Shown here in pieces: positions 52,926 through 61,881 of a DNA stretch of 64,000 bases. The notes beneath the pieces were generated by a model that was not told where the DNA came from, did no database searches, and saw only the letters and a list, made by a program, of their open reading frames with translations. Made by a program: the position numbers and the translations under genes. This stretch comes from Solirubrobacteraceae bacterium (lineage in GTDB: Bacteria; Actinomycetota; Thermoleophilia; Solirubrobacterales; Solirubrobacteraceae), in NCBI GenBank assembly GCA_035536715.1, contig DATLNO010000077.1:9221-73220 (forward strand), read 5' to 3'. Numbering within the stretch: position 1 is the first letter of the stretch; each line of letters begins with the position of its first letter.

Positions 52926-53636
52926 TCAAGCCTTTGTGCAGAAGTGCACGACTTCCTCCTCGAGCACGCCGTAACGCCGCGTCGTCTCGGGCCCGAGCCG
53001 CTCGGCGTAACGATCCAGCCGCACCTCGAAGCCGGCCTCGCGCAGCCGGTCGGCGTAGTCCGGGCCGTACGCGCGGACATGATCGCGCTGCGCGAAGCGG
53101 CGCAGGCGCTCCTCGGGATCGGTCAGCGTCGGGTCCTCGTCGGTGCGCTCGAGCAGGATCGGCACCTGCAGGATCGCCCAGCCCGTCGGTCGCAGCACGC
53201 GGCACAGCTCGCGCATCGCGCGCCGGTCGTCGGGCACGTGCTCGAACACGTGGCTGCAGTAGATGACGTCGAAGGAGTCAGCCGGGAAGTCGATCGCCGT
53301 GATGTCCATCTGGACATCGGCGAGGCCCGGCTCGAGGTCGGCGCTCAGGTAGTCGATGAGCGGCTCGCCGACCAGCCGCTCATGCAGGGCGGGCTCGGGC
53401 GCGATGTGCAGCATCCGCTTGCGCTCGGTTGCGGTGAAGAGGTCGGTCTCGTCGCGCAGGTAGAGCCAGATCAGGCGGTGGCGCTCGAGCGACTCGCAGT
53501 GCGGGCACTGCGCGTTGGGGCGCTTGATGGTGCCGCCGCCGAACGGGCGAAACCGGCGCGCCGTCTTCTCGCAGAGCGGGCAGAGCACGCGCGTGAACAC
53601 GGTGCGAGGGTAGATGCATTCGTGCACCGCCGTCAC
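52926..53636 (-). CDS. class I SAM-dependent methyltransferase with an N-terminal Cys4 zinc-ribbon
   Basis: CPLC...CPHC ribbon, then HIAPEP..., SFDVIYCSHVFEHV and LRPTGWAILQVP. GTG start at about 53627-53636. Confidence 0.7.
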   Translation of the reverse strand: MTAVHECIYPRTVFTRVLCPLCEKTARRFRPFGGGTIKRPNAQCPHCESLERHRLIWLYLRDETDLFTATERKRMLHIAPEPALHERLVGEPLIDYLSADLEPGLADVQMDITAIDFPADSFDVIYCSHVFEHVPDDRRAMRELCRVLRPTGWAILQVPILLERTDEDPTLTDPEERLRRFAQRDHVRAYGPDYADRLREAGFEVRLDRYAERLGPETTRRYGVLEEEVVHFCTKA

Positions 53637-54273
53637 CAGCGAGCGCGGTGGTGCTCCATCACGCCGAGGCCGTCCGCGAGCTCCCCGGCGCCCGGCAGCC
53701 TCCCCGTGAAGGTGCCGAACGGCTGGCGGTACTCCGACTCGACGATCAGCAGCCGGTCGTGACGGGCGCGGACCGCCTCGGCCTCGAACCGCAACCGCTC
53801 TCCGGTCGCAAAGCAGACCGCCGAGAGATCGGCCTCGAAGCGCACGGCCTCGACCTCGTGAGCGGCGCCGGCGACCCACACCGAGCGCTCGCTTTCCACC
53901 GGCCCGTCGTTGACGCCGGCGACGAGGTTCCAGCCGACGGGCGAGCCGTCCGCGGCGCGCCCGACGCCCGCCGACCACCACCACTCGGTCGCCCGCGCGT
54001 GGGAGCCGGCTGTGTCGTCGACGATCGACAGCGCCTTGCCGGAGCCGATCTCGATCAGGGGCCACCCGGCAGCGACACGCGCCCGATGACCGGTCGCGCA
54101 CCGACACGCGGCCGCCGTGATCGAAGCGCGCGAGCGCCGGGCCAGCGCTTCAGCGTCCGCCCGCCGCGCACCGGCGCCAACCGCGCGGGCGGGACCGCGA
54201 CCGTCAGCCCGGCGGGCGGCGTGGCCGTGGTCCAGCGCAACGGGGCGGCGAGTCGGCGCATCGGCGGTAGCAT
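53633..54273 (-). pseudogene. DUF2804-like gene, apparently truncated or frameshifted in its N-terminal half
   Basis: The C-terminal 130 aa or so are well formed: IVDDTAGSHARATEWWWSAGVG...WNLVAGVND...SERSVW...YRQPFGTFTGRLP...GVMEHHRARW. The only upstream start (54273, ...RGGRTLKRW) is in another frame, and about 100 aa expected between the two parts are missing. Confidence 0.4.
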
Positions 54274-54319
54274 CCCCCTGTGTTGACTGACCAGTCAACC
54301 CGGGGAGAGCGGCCTCAGC

Positions 54320-55150
54320 ATGCGGGTAGCAGCAGTTCAGTTGACCTCCACAGCAGACTTCGACGGCAATCTTCAGACCGCCGATCGGTTGACGCGTGCG
54401 GCCGCGCGCGACGGCGCCCGGCTCGTGGTCCTGCCGGAGAAGTGGAACGCCCTCGGCCGCGGCGATGCGCTCGTCGCCGGCGCCCAGGCAATCGACGGGC
54501 CCGCGATCAGCTGGGCCCGCGCCGCCGCGCGCGAGCTCGGCATCGAGCTCGTCGCGGGCTCGATCGCCGAGCGCGTCGAGAGCGAGCAGCGCCTGCGCAA
54601 CACATCGGTCCACATCGGCGCAGACGGCGCGCTGCGAGCGACATACCGCAAGGTCCACATGTTCGATGTCATCGTCGAGGGCGTCGTCTACAACGAGTCC
54701 GAGCACGAGGAGCCAGGCGAGGAGCTCGTCGTCTCGCCCACCGCGGACGGCGTCGAGCTCGGGCTGAGCATCTGCTACGACGTGCGCTTTCCCGAGATGT
54801 ATCGGATCTTGGCGCTCCGGGGCGCCCGCGTCTTCACCGTCCCGGCCGCCTTCACCGTCCCGACGACGCGCGACCACTGGGAGATCCTGCTGCGCGCCCG
54901 CGCGATCGAGGACCAGGCGTTCGTCGTCGCCGCCAACCAGATCGGCGAGCACGCCCCGGGGCTGCGCTCCGGCGGGCGCTCGATGATCGTCGACCCCTGG
55001 GGGATCGTGCTCGCGCACGCCCCGGACCGCGAGTGCCACATCCTCGCCGACCTCGACCTCGAGGCCCAGGGGCGCATGCGTCGCGACCTGCCCGCGCTCG
55101 CCAACCGCCGCCCGGGCGCCTACAGCTGGCCGGTCGAGGTGAAGGCCTGA
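54320..55150 (+). CDS. carbon-nitrogen hydrolase (nitrilase superfamily) protein
   Basis: RVAAVQL..., LVVLPEKWN (catalytic Glu), YRKVHMFD (Lys) and LSICYDVRFPE (Cys). Confidence 0.85.
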   Translation: MRVAAVQLTSTADFDGNLQTADRLTRAAARDGARLVVLPEKWNALGRGDALVAGAQAIDGPAISWARAAARELGIELVAGSIAERVESEQRLRNTSVHIGADGALRATYRKVHMFDVIVEGVVYNESEHEEPGEELVVSPTADGVELGLSICYDVRFPEMYRILALRGARVFTVPAAFTVPTTRDHWEILLRARAIEDQAFVVAANQIGEHAPGLRSGGRSMIVDPWGIVLAHAPDRECHILADLDLEAQGRMRRDLPALANRRPGAYSWPVEVKA

Positions 55151-55806
55151 TGGCCTCCGCGCATGACAGCGAGGCCGGCGCCACGCCGGACAAACCGGCC
55201 GGGCTCGACAAGCGCCGCATGATCCTCGACGCGGCCGTCATCGCGTTCGCGAAGCGGGGCTTTCACGCGTGTCGGGTGTCGGACATCGCCGACGAGGCGA
55301 ACGTCGCGTACGGCCTCGTCTACCACTACTTCCGCTCCAAGGACGAGGTCCTCGACACGCTGTTTCTCGAGCGCTGGAACGTGCTGCTGGAGGTCATCAC
55401 GGAGATCGACCGCCAGGCGCTGCCGGCGCGCGACAAGCTCTACGCGATCACCTCGTTCATCGTCGACTCCTACCGTTACGACCCGGACCTGATGAAGGTC
55501 ATCATCGTCGAGGTCACGCGGGCGGCGAACTCGTTCGGCCGCACCCACCTCAAGACGATCCGCGAGGCGTACGCGCTGATCGCGGGCATCGTCGAGAAGG
55601 CGCAGGCCGACGGCACGTTCCGCGACGCGGTCACGCCGGGCTTCGCCGCGCTCGCCTTCTACGGCGCGATCGAGCAGGTCCTCACCGGCTGGATCTTCGA
55701 CATGCTGCCGCGCGGCGAGGAGGAGTTCGACCAGGCGAAGGCCTTCATCGTCGAAACGATCTGTGGTGGACTCGATGCAGATCCGTCGTCCGCCCGAGCC
55801 GTCTGA
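55150..55806 (+). CDS. TetR family transcriptional regulator
   Basis: RRMILDAAVIAFAKRGFHACRVSDIADEANVAYGLVYHYFRSKDEVL (TetR HTH). The ATG overlaps the nitrilase stop (TGATG). Confidence 0.85.
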   Translation: MASAHDSEAGATPDKPAGLDKRRMILDAAVIAFAKRGFHACRVSDIADEANVAYGLVYHYFRSKDEVLDTLFLERWNVLLEVITEIDRQALPARDKLYAITSFIVDSYRYDPDLMKVIIVEVTRAANSFGRTHLKTIREAYALIAGIVEKAQADGTFRDAVTPGFAALAFYGAIEQVLTGWIFDMLPRGEEEFDQAKAFIVETICGGLDADPSSARAV

Positions 55807-55819
55807 GAGGATTGGGCGC

Positions 55820-55957
55820 ATGCAGAGCAACGAAATGGTCAAGCGCCTCGTCTGGTCGGGCCTGCTCGCGGGCATCGGCGCGATCGCGTCGATCGCGACC
55901 ACGCGCCTCGCCGCGGTGATTTGGCGGCGGATGTACGGGGAAGACCCGCCGGAATGA
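55820..55957 (+). CDS. small membrane protein (DUF4235-like)
   Basis: 45 aa: MQSNEMVKRLVWSGLLAGIGAIASIATTRLAAVIWRRMYGEDPPE. Confidence 0.5.
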   Translation: MQSNEMVKRLVWSGLLAGIGAIASIATTRLAAVIWRRMYGEDPPE

Positions 55958-56541
55958 AGTTCGGCAAGCGCCGCCAAGAATTCCAGGTGCCCGGTGTGCC
56001 GGGCGTCACGATCCCCGTCTCGAAGCCCAAGGGCAGCGGACGGCGCCGCGGAGGGGGCATTTCGGATGCGCCCCCCGCGTCGGCCCCGGTCACCGACAGC
56101 TGGACGGGTACGCCTGCCGAGACGGCGCCGCCGACCGCGGCGCTGCCGACGGAACAGCCCGCTGAGCCGACGGCTGCGCCGCTCGGGTACGCCGAGCCCG
56201 TCGTCGAGGGCGAGGCCGTCGAGCTTCCCCCCGTCGAGCCCGCCGCCCCGATCTACGAGCCGCCGTTGCCGCTGACCCAGCAGGGCACGGTGGCAACGCC
56301 CCGGGTGGCCGACCAGCCGATCTCCGCGGTCGAGGCCGGCGGCCCCGTCGCGGGCGGCGCCGGGGTCAGCTCGCTCAGCGACAGCGGCGCGGCCTTTGCC
56401 TCCGGCCATGCGGCCGCGCCGGGCCCATCCTGGCAGGAGCCCCTGATGGCGCTTGCCGACGAGCGTCCCGAGCTCGTGGTGGGCGCCGCGTTCGCCGGCG
56501 GGATCCTCGCGGCCATGATCCTGAGACGCCTTGGCAACTGA
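55954..56541 (+). CDS. hypothetical Pro/Ala-rich protein with a C-terminal TM helix
   Basis: The ATG overlaps the upstream stop (ATGA). It is largely disordered and ends ELVVGAAFAGGILAAMILRRLGN. Confidence 0.45.
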   Translation: MKFGKRRQEFQVPGVPGVTIPVSKPKGSGRRRGGGISDAPPASAPVTDSWTGTPAETAPPTAALPTEQPAEPTAAPLGYAEPVVEGEAVELPPVEPAAPIYEPPLPLTQQGTVATPRVADQPISAVEAGGPVAGGAGVSSLSDSGAAFASGHAAAPGPSWQEPLMALADERPELVVGAAFAGGILAAMILRRLGN

Positions 56542-56947
56542 CAGCCCCACACACGACCTGGCGCAGACCGTCCAGGACATCAGCGAGCGCGTCACGCTGC
56601 TCGTGCACGAGGAGATCGAGCTCGCGAAGGCCGAGGTCACCGGCAAGGTCACCAAGCTCCTGCGCGGAATCGTCATCGGCCTGGCGGCCGGCATCTTCGT
56701 CGTCATCGGCCTGCTCTTCCTGCTGCACGGGCTGGCCTGGCTGGCGTGGTACGCGCTGCCGGTCGGCAACGGCTCGTTCTTCTGGGGCTTCTTCGTGGTC
56801 GCGGGCCTGCTGTTCCTGCTGGGCGGCATCTCGGGCTATCTCGCGGCGAGGTTCTTCAAGGACAGCACCCCGCCCGTGCCCGAGATGGCGATCGACGAGG
56901 CCGGCAAGATCAAGCGGACCCTGCTGCGCAAGAGGAAGAAGTCGTGA
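56531..56947 (+). CDS. holin-X / phage-holin-3_6-like membrane protein (actinobacterial)
   Basis: N-terminal amphipathic helix (VQDISERVTLLVHEEIELAKAEV), then two TM helices. TTG start overlaps the upstream stop. Confidence 0.55.
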   Translation: MATDSPTHDLAQTVQDISERVTLLVHEEIELAKAEVTGKVTKLLRGIVIGLAAGIFVVIGLLFLLHGLAWLAWYALPVGNGSFFWGFFVVAGLLFLLGGISGYLAARFFKDSTPPVPEMAIDEAGKIKRTLLRKRKKS

Positions 56948-56954
56948 TCTGCTG

Positions 56955-57185
56955 ATGGCGACCCATGCGCGCACCCCCGAGCAGATCCGCCAGTCGATCG
57001 AAGAGAACCGCCGCCAGCTCGGAACCTCCGTGGAGCGGCTGCATAACGAGATCGCGGTGCTCACCGACTGGCGCGGTCAGCTCGTCAAGCACCAGAAGAA
57101 CGCCGTGATCGGCGCCGCCATCGCCGGTTTCGTCATCGGTGGCGGGATCGCCGCCTTCGGCGGGTTGTTCCGCCGCAAGCGCTAG
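56955..57185 (+). CDS. DUF3618-like small membrane protein
   Basis: RTPEQIRQSIEENRRQLGTSVERLHNEI... followed by a C-terminal TM (VIGAAIAGFVIGGGIAAFG). Confidence 0.6.
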   Translation: MATHARTPEQIRQSIEENRRQLGTSVERLHNEIAVLTDWRGQLVKHQKNAVIGAAIAGFVIGGGIAAFGGLFRRKR

Positions 57186-57769
57186 CGAGCGAGCCTGATA
57201 CCGCCGAGTGTCGGGCGCGGTGTCGTCGATGCTGGCGCGTGCCGGGTCTGCGGCCGGTGCGTCGGTGGTCAGCCGGCGCTTGCGAACTGCATCGATGAGG
57301 GGATCGGCCGAGCCAGTCTGATTGACGCGACACATCGCGGCGTTCGGAGCGTGTCGCGGAAGTGTTCGCACAGAGCGGTTACGCGACTCGCTGGCCTGCT
57401 GGCGAGGCCGCGTCGCGCGACGGCGCAACGGGTTGTCACGACCATCAACGATGACTCGTGTGTGCAGCGGCTGAGGACCAAGCGCAGCTAGAGGGCGTTC
57501 CGCGCCCGCTACCCGTCGGCCTTGCGTGGGCCGGAAATCGCGAGGGAGCGGAGGGGTCTGGCGTGGGTTGGTCGTCGGATTCACCCTGTATGGCGGGGTC
57601 ATTCCGACATTTCGACCCTGGGTGCGTGGGCTCTGGCGCGAAATCCGCTCCTACAGCGGTTACTCGACATAGCGCTCCCGGAGCCCCAGGGAGCATCGGC
57701 TCCCTACCTTCACAGAAGGCACCGCGGGGTCGTCGCCGCGTCGTCCGGTGCGCTGCATACCCTCGCAGC

Positions 57770-58930
57770 GTGTCCGTCTGGGATGCCCTGAACACGCGAC
57801 AGATCGCGCGCATCCTCTTCACGACAGTGGGCTTCCTGGCGCTGCTGTACCTGCTCGTGCAGATCCGCGGCACGCTGCTGCTGCTGGCGATCGCGGTGTT
57901 CTTCGCCGTCGCGCTCGGCCCGGCGGTCGACTTCTTCGCGCGCGGGAGGCTGCCCCGTGCCGCGGCCATCCTGATCGTGTACCTCCTCATCTTCTGCGTC
58001 TTCTCCGGCGTGCTGTCGCTCATCGTGCCGCCCGTGATCAACGGCGCGACGGACCTCTCGCGCGATGTCCCGGGCTACGTCGACGAGCTGCGCGACAACG
58101 CCGCGATCCGCGAGTTCGACAACAAGTACGACATCACGTCGAAGCTGCGCGACGAGGCCGAGAAGCTGCCCAACCGGCTCGGCGACGCTGCCGGTGCGCT
58201 GCAGAGCATCGCCGCCGGCGTCGTGAACGCCGCCTTCCAGCTGCTGACGATCCTCACGATGACGTTCTTCCTGCTGCTCGACGGCCGGCGCATCACGAAC
58301 TTCCTGATCACGCGCTTCGGCCGCCACCGCGAGGAGCGGCTGCGCGGCATCGCCGAGCGCATCTACAAGTCGACGTCGGGCTACGTCGCGGGCGCGCTGA
58401 CGATCACGTCGATCAACGGGATCCTGACGTTCATCGTGCTGACGATCCTCGGCGTCCCGTTCGCGGTCCCGCTCGCCGTCATGATGTCCTTCTTCGGCCT
58501 GATCCCCCTCGTCGGCGCGACGATCGGCGGCGTGCTGATCCTCATCGTCACGCTGTTCACGGACTTCACGAGCGCGGCGATCTACGCGGCGTTCCTGATC
58601 CTCTACCAGCAGGTCGAGAACAACGTGCTGCAGCCGTTCATCTTCAAACGCACGGTCAACGTGCCGCCGCTTGCCGTGATCGTGGCGATCCTTGCCGGAT
58701 CGGCGCTGCTCGGCGTCGTCGGCGCACTCGTCGCGATCCCGATCGCGGCAGCGCTGCAGATCATCCTCAAGGAGTTCTTCGGCGACCGCACGACCACCTC
58801 GGGCACGGTGATCCTGCCCGACGACGTCGCGCCGCCCGACGACGATCCGCCGCCGCCGACGCTCATCGTCGAGCAACCTCCGCCGGGTCCGAAGCCCAGG
58901 CCGCCGAAGCCCAGGCCCAAGCCCACGTAG
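57770..58930 (+). CDS. AI-2E family transporter (PerM/YdiK-like)
   Basis: 8 TM-like segments and a pattern typical of UPF0118 (...VINAAFQLLTILTMTFFLLLDG..., FGLIPLVGATIGGVL). Pro-rich tail. GTG at 57770. Confidence 0.8.
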   Translation: MSVWDALNTRQIARILFTTVGFLALLYLLVQIRGTLLLLAIAVFFAVALGPAVDFFARGRLPRAAAILIVYLLIFCVFSGVLSLIVPPVINGATDLSRDVPGYVDELRDNAAIREFDNKYDITSKLRDEAEKLPNRLGDAAGALQSIAAGVVNAAFQLLTILTMTFFLLLDGRRITNFLITRFGRHREERLRGIAERIYKSTSGYVAGALTITSINGILTFIVLTILGVPFAVPLAVMMSFFGLIPLVGATIGGVLILIVTLFTDFTSAAIYAAFLILYQQVENNVLQPFIFKRTVNVPPLAVIVAILAGSALLGVVGALVAIPIAAALQIILKEFFGDRTTTSGTVILPDDVAPPDDDPPPPTLIVEQPPPGPKPRPPKPRPKPT

Positions 58931-59084
58931 TCAAGACTCCGCCGTTCGGGCCGATTGCGGGCGCATCCCCCGGGCCCGACACGGACCGATCGGGGGTTCC
59001 AGCCCCGGTCAAAGGATTCGGCAATGTCAAAACGCAACCTGCTTGCGGTTCTCGGCGCAATGAGAGCGCTCGCCGCGCGCGCCC

Positions 59085-59951
59085 TCAGTTGAGCAGCAGC
59101 GACTGCGCCATCGCGCCGACGCCGATCATCCCCGGCCCGGCGTGGACGCCGATCACGGGGCCGACCTCGCTGACGAAGAGCGGCTCGCAACCGAAGATCT
59201 CGCGCCCGCGCCCGACGAGCCGCTGGGCGTCGTCGGCGGCTTGGATGTGCTGCACGACCCAGGCGTCAGCACCGTCTCCGTGCAGCTCGCGCATGTATTC
59301 GACCATCCGCTCGAAGGCGCGACGGCTCGTGCGAACCCGCTCGACGGGCGTGATCTGGGACTCCAGCGAGAGGATCGGCTTGATCTTCAGTGCGCCGCCG
59401 AGCCACGCCTGGGCACCGCCGACGCGTCCGCCCCGGCGCAGGTACTCGAGCGTGTCCAGGCAGAACCAGATCCGTATTCCGTCACGAGCTTGCAGCGCAT
59501 GATGCGCGACCTCGCCGAGGCTGCCACCGGCACCCGCCCGCGCCGCGGCGGCGAACAGCATGAGCCCCAGGCCGCCACAGACCGTGCGCGAGTCGAGCAC
59601 CTCGATGCGCCCGTCGTGGCCGCGCTCGGCGAGCTGGGCGCGTGCCTGCAGCGCCGAGTCGTACGTGCCCGAGACGCCGGCCGACAGATGGATCGAGACG
59701 ATGTCGTGCCCGGCTTCCAGCAGCGGCTCGTAGCACTCGAGAAAGTCGCCGATCGACGGCTGCGAGGTCGTCGGCATGTCCGCGGCGGCAGACCGTAGAC
59801 GCCGGTAGAAGTCGTCCAGGTCGGTCATTTCGCTCTCGCGTGACTGCACGTCGCGAAAGCGGACGTAGAGCGGGACGGCGTGCAGCTGCTTCGCCGCGAC
59901 GAGGTCGTCGGGCAGATAGTGCGTGCTGTCCGTCACGATGGCCACCGGCAT
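59085..59951 (-). CDS. DegV family fatty-acid-binding protein
   Basis: VAIVTDSTHYLP..., TTSQPSIGDF, HLSAGVSGTY. Confidence 0.85.
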   Translation of the reverse strand: MPVAIVTDSTHYLPDDLVAAKQLHAVPLYVRFRDVQSRESEMTDLDDFYRRLRSAAADMPTTSQPSIGDFLECYEPLLEAGHDIVSIHLSAGVSGTYDSALQARAQLAERGHDGRIEVLDSRTVCGGLGLMLFAAAARAGAGGSLGEVAHHALQARDGIRIWFCLDTLEYLRRGGRVGGAQAWLGGALKIKPILSLESQITPVERVRTSRRAFERMVEYMRELHGDGADAWVVQHIQAADDAQRLVGRGREIFGCEPLFVSEVGPVIGVHAGPGMIGVGAMAQSLLLN

Positions 59952-59974
59952 AGGGCGCGCAGGCTAGTGGACCG

Positions 59975-60919
59975 CTAGCGATGCGGGTCGACGACGAGCT
60001 TGCGTGCCTCACCGTCGGACGGTCGCAACAGCGCCTCGCGCAGCTCGTCGAGGCCGATCGTCGGGCCCGCGAGCGCGCGCCAGTCCACCTCGCCCGTCGC
60101 GAGGAGCGCGAGCGCCTCGTCGACTTCGGCGGGGGTATGGTGAAATGCCCCGCGAACGTCGAGCTCGGCGTAGTGCAGCGGTGCCGCCGGCAGCGTGACC
60201 TCACTGCCCGACGGGCAGCCGCCGACGAGCACGACCGTCGCGCCGGGTGCCGCCGCCTCGATCGCGGCGCGCCAGGCCTGCGGGCGCCCGACGGCCTCCA
60301 TGACGAGGTCGTAGCCGCCCTGGTCCAGCTCGTGCACGCCCTGTGCGCCGAGGGCCCGTGCCTGCGCGCGGCGCTCCTCGTGGCGGTCTGCAAGCGTCAC
60401 GTCGCAGCCGGCGAGGACGAGCAGCCGGGCGAGCATGAGCCCCATCGTGCCGCCGCCGAGCACCGCGGGGCAGCCACCCGCGTGCGCCGCGTCGCCCGCG
60501 CGCGCCACCGCGTGCACCGCCGCCGCCAGCGGCTCCGCCATCGCGGCGCCGGCCGCTGCCAGCCCCGCCGGCACGGCGTGCAGCGCGCCGGCCGGGGCGG
60601 CGATCCGCTGCGCGAAGCCGCCGAGCACCCAGGTCATGCGCTCGCACAGCTGCGTCTGGCCGGCGACGCAGAGGCGGCACGTGCGGCACGGCACGGAGTC
60701 GCCGACGAGCACGCGCTCGCCGGTGTCCTCGCGCACGCCGGCCGTCTCGTGGCCGAAGCGCGCGGGGTAGGGGCCGAGGATCAGATGGCCGTGGCGCAGG
60801 CACTTGACGTCGGTCGCGCACGCGGTGGCCGCTTCGACGGTCACGAGCACCTCGCCGGCCGGCTCGTCGACCTCATCGATGCGCAGGTCGTCCGGCCCGT
60901 GCAGGCGTGCCGCCTTCAC
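59975..60919 (-). CDS. zinc-binding alcohol dehydrogenase (MDR) family protein
   Basis: GHETAG, and GGTMGLM in the Rossmann region. The GTG start overlaps the upstream stop (GTGA). Confidence 0.8.
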   Translation of the reverse strand: MKAARLHGPDDLRIDEVDEPAGEVLVTVEAATACATDVKCLRHGHLILGPYPARFGHETAGVREDTGERVLVGDSVPCRTCRLCVAGQTQLCERMTWVLGGFAQRIAAPAGALHAVPAGLAAAGAAMAEPLAAAVHAVARAGDAAHAGGCPAVLGGGTMGLMLARLLVLAGCDVTLADRHEERRAQARALGAQGVHELDQGGYDLVMEAVGRPQAWRAAIEAAAPGATVVLVGGCPSGSEVTLPAAPLHYAELDVRGAFHHTPAEVDEALALLATGEVDWRALAGPTIGLDELREALLRPSDGEARKLVVDPHR

Positions 60920-61881
60920 GGCACGACCACGGCCTTGATGGCCGCACCGCGGCGCTGCAGGCTCAGCGCGTGCGCGGTCCCGTCGAGGCCGACGCGGTGC
61001 GTGACCAGGGAGAGCGGCTCGATCTGCCCGGTCGCGATCAGGCCGTGGGCCGCGCGCATGTCGGCCGGCCCCGCCGACCAGCTCGTGAGCACCGTGATCT
61101 CGCGCAGGAAGAGCTGCTCGGCGTCGAGGCCGAGCGTGGCGCCGGGCTTCGTCGTCGCGTAGAGGCAGAGCGTTCCGCCGATACCGAGCGCGTCCGCCGC
61201 GTCGGCGATCGCGTCGGGCTGGGCGGTCGTCACGAACGCCACGTCGACGGGCTCGCCGTCATGCGCCACCGCGCCCCAGTCCTGCGCGAGGCGGCGGCGC
61301 TCGTCGCGCGGCTCGCGGATCCAGACCGGCTCGGCGCCGCGCGCCCGCGCGGCGGCGACCGCGAGCAGCCCGTTCGAGCCGGCACCCACGACAAGCAGCG
61401 AGTCGCCCGCGACGAGCCGTGAGCGGTCGAGCGCGCGCAGGACGCAGCCAAGCGGCTCGACGAACGTGCCGGCGATCGGATCGAGGTCGCCGAGCGCGAG
61501 CAATTCGGGCACGAGCGGCGCCTCCACCCGCACCTGCTCGGCGAAGCCCCCCGGATGGATCGCCGTCGACCGAAACTGGTCGCAGAGCGTCTCGTGCCCG
61601 CGGCGACAGTGCCGGCAGTCCCCGCAGGGCGCGTGGTGGTGGATGACCACGCGGTCGCCGGCGGCGACCGTCGTCACGCCCGGACCGGTCTCCAAGACCT
61701 GTCCGACGACCTCATGGCCCAGCACTGCGGGCAGCTTGCGCGCGACGTAGGCGTCGCTGACGTCAGAGCCGCAGACGCCACAGGCGAGCACGCGGCAGAC
61801 GACCTCCCCCGGTCCCGCCACCGGATCGGGCAGCTCCTCGACGATGACGTCATCCAAGCTCGTAGACCGCGCGGCCAGCAC
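60916..61881 (-). CDS. zinc-binding alcohol dehydrogenase (MDR) family protein
   Basis: CGVCGSDV, GHEVVG, CGDCRHCRRG (structural Zn) and VVGAGSNGLL. GTG at 61881 overlaps the mtnA stop by 1 nt. The track start 61995 lies inside mtnA. Confidence 0.75.
   Translation of the reverse strand: MLAARSTSLDDVIVEELPDPVAGPGEVVCRVLACGVCGSDVSDAYVARKLPAVLGHEVVGQVLETGPGVTTVAAGDRVVIHHHAPCGDCRHCRRGHETLCDQFRSTAIHPGGFAEQVRVEAPLVPELLALGDLDPIAGTFVEPLGCVLRALDRSRLVAGDSLLVVGAGSNGLLAVAAARARGAEPVWIREPRDERRRLAQDWGAVAHDGEPVDVAFVTTAQPDAIADAADALGIGGTLCLYATTKPGATLGLDAEQLFLREITVLTSWSAGPADMRAAHGLIATGQIEPLSLVTHRVGLDGTAHALSLQRRGAAIKAVVVP

Noticed and set aside
56531-56947. Holin-like protein as an indicator of a prophage or mobile element.
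   Set aside because: I recognised no integrase, terminase, capsid, tail or endolysin genes and no flanking repeats. The neighbours are typical chromosomal small membrane proteins.
57186-57769. Known riboswitch or ncRNA in the long gap before the AI-2E transporter.
   Set aside because: By eye I found none of the conserved cores I know (TPP CUGAGA, cobalamin GCCACUG, SAM, glycine, ydaO). It is kept only as a low-interest finding that needs an Infernal scan.
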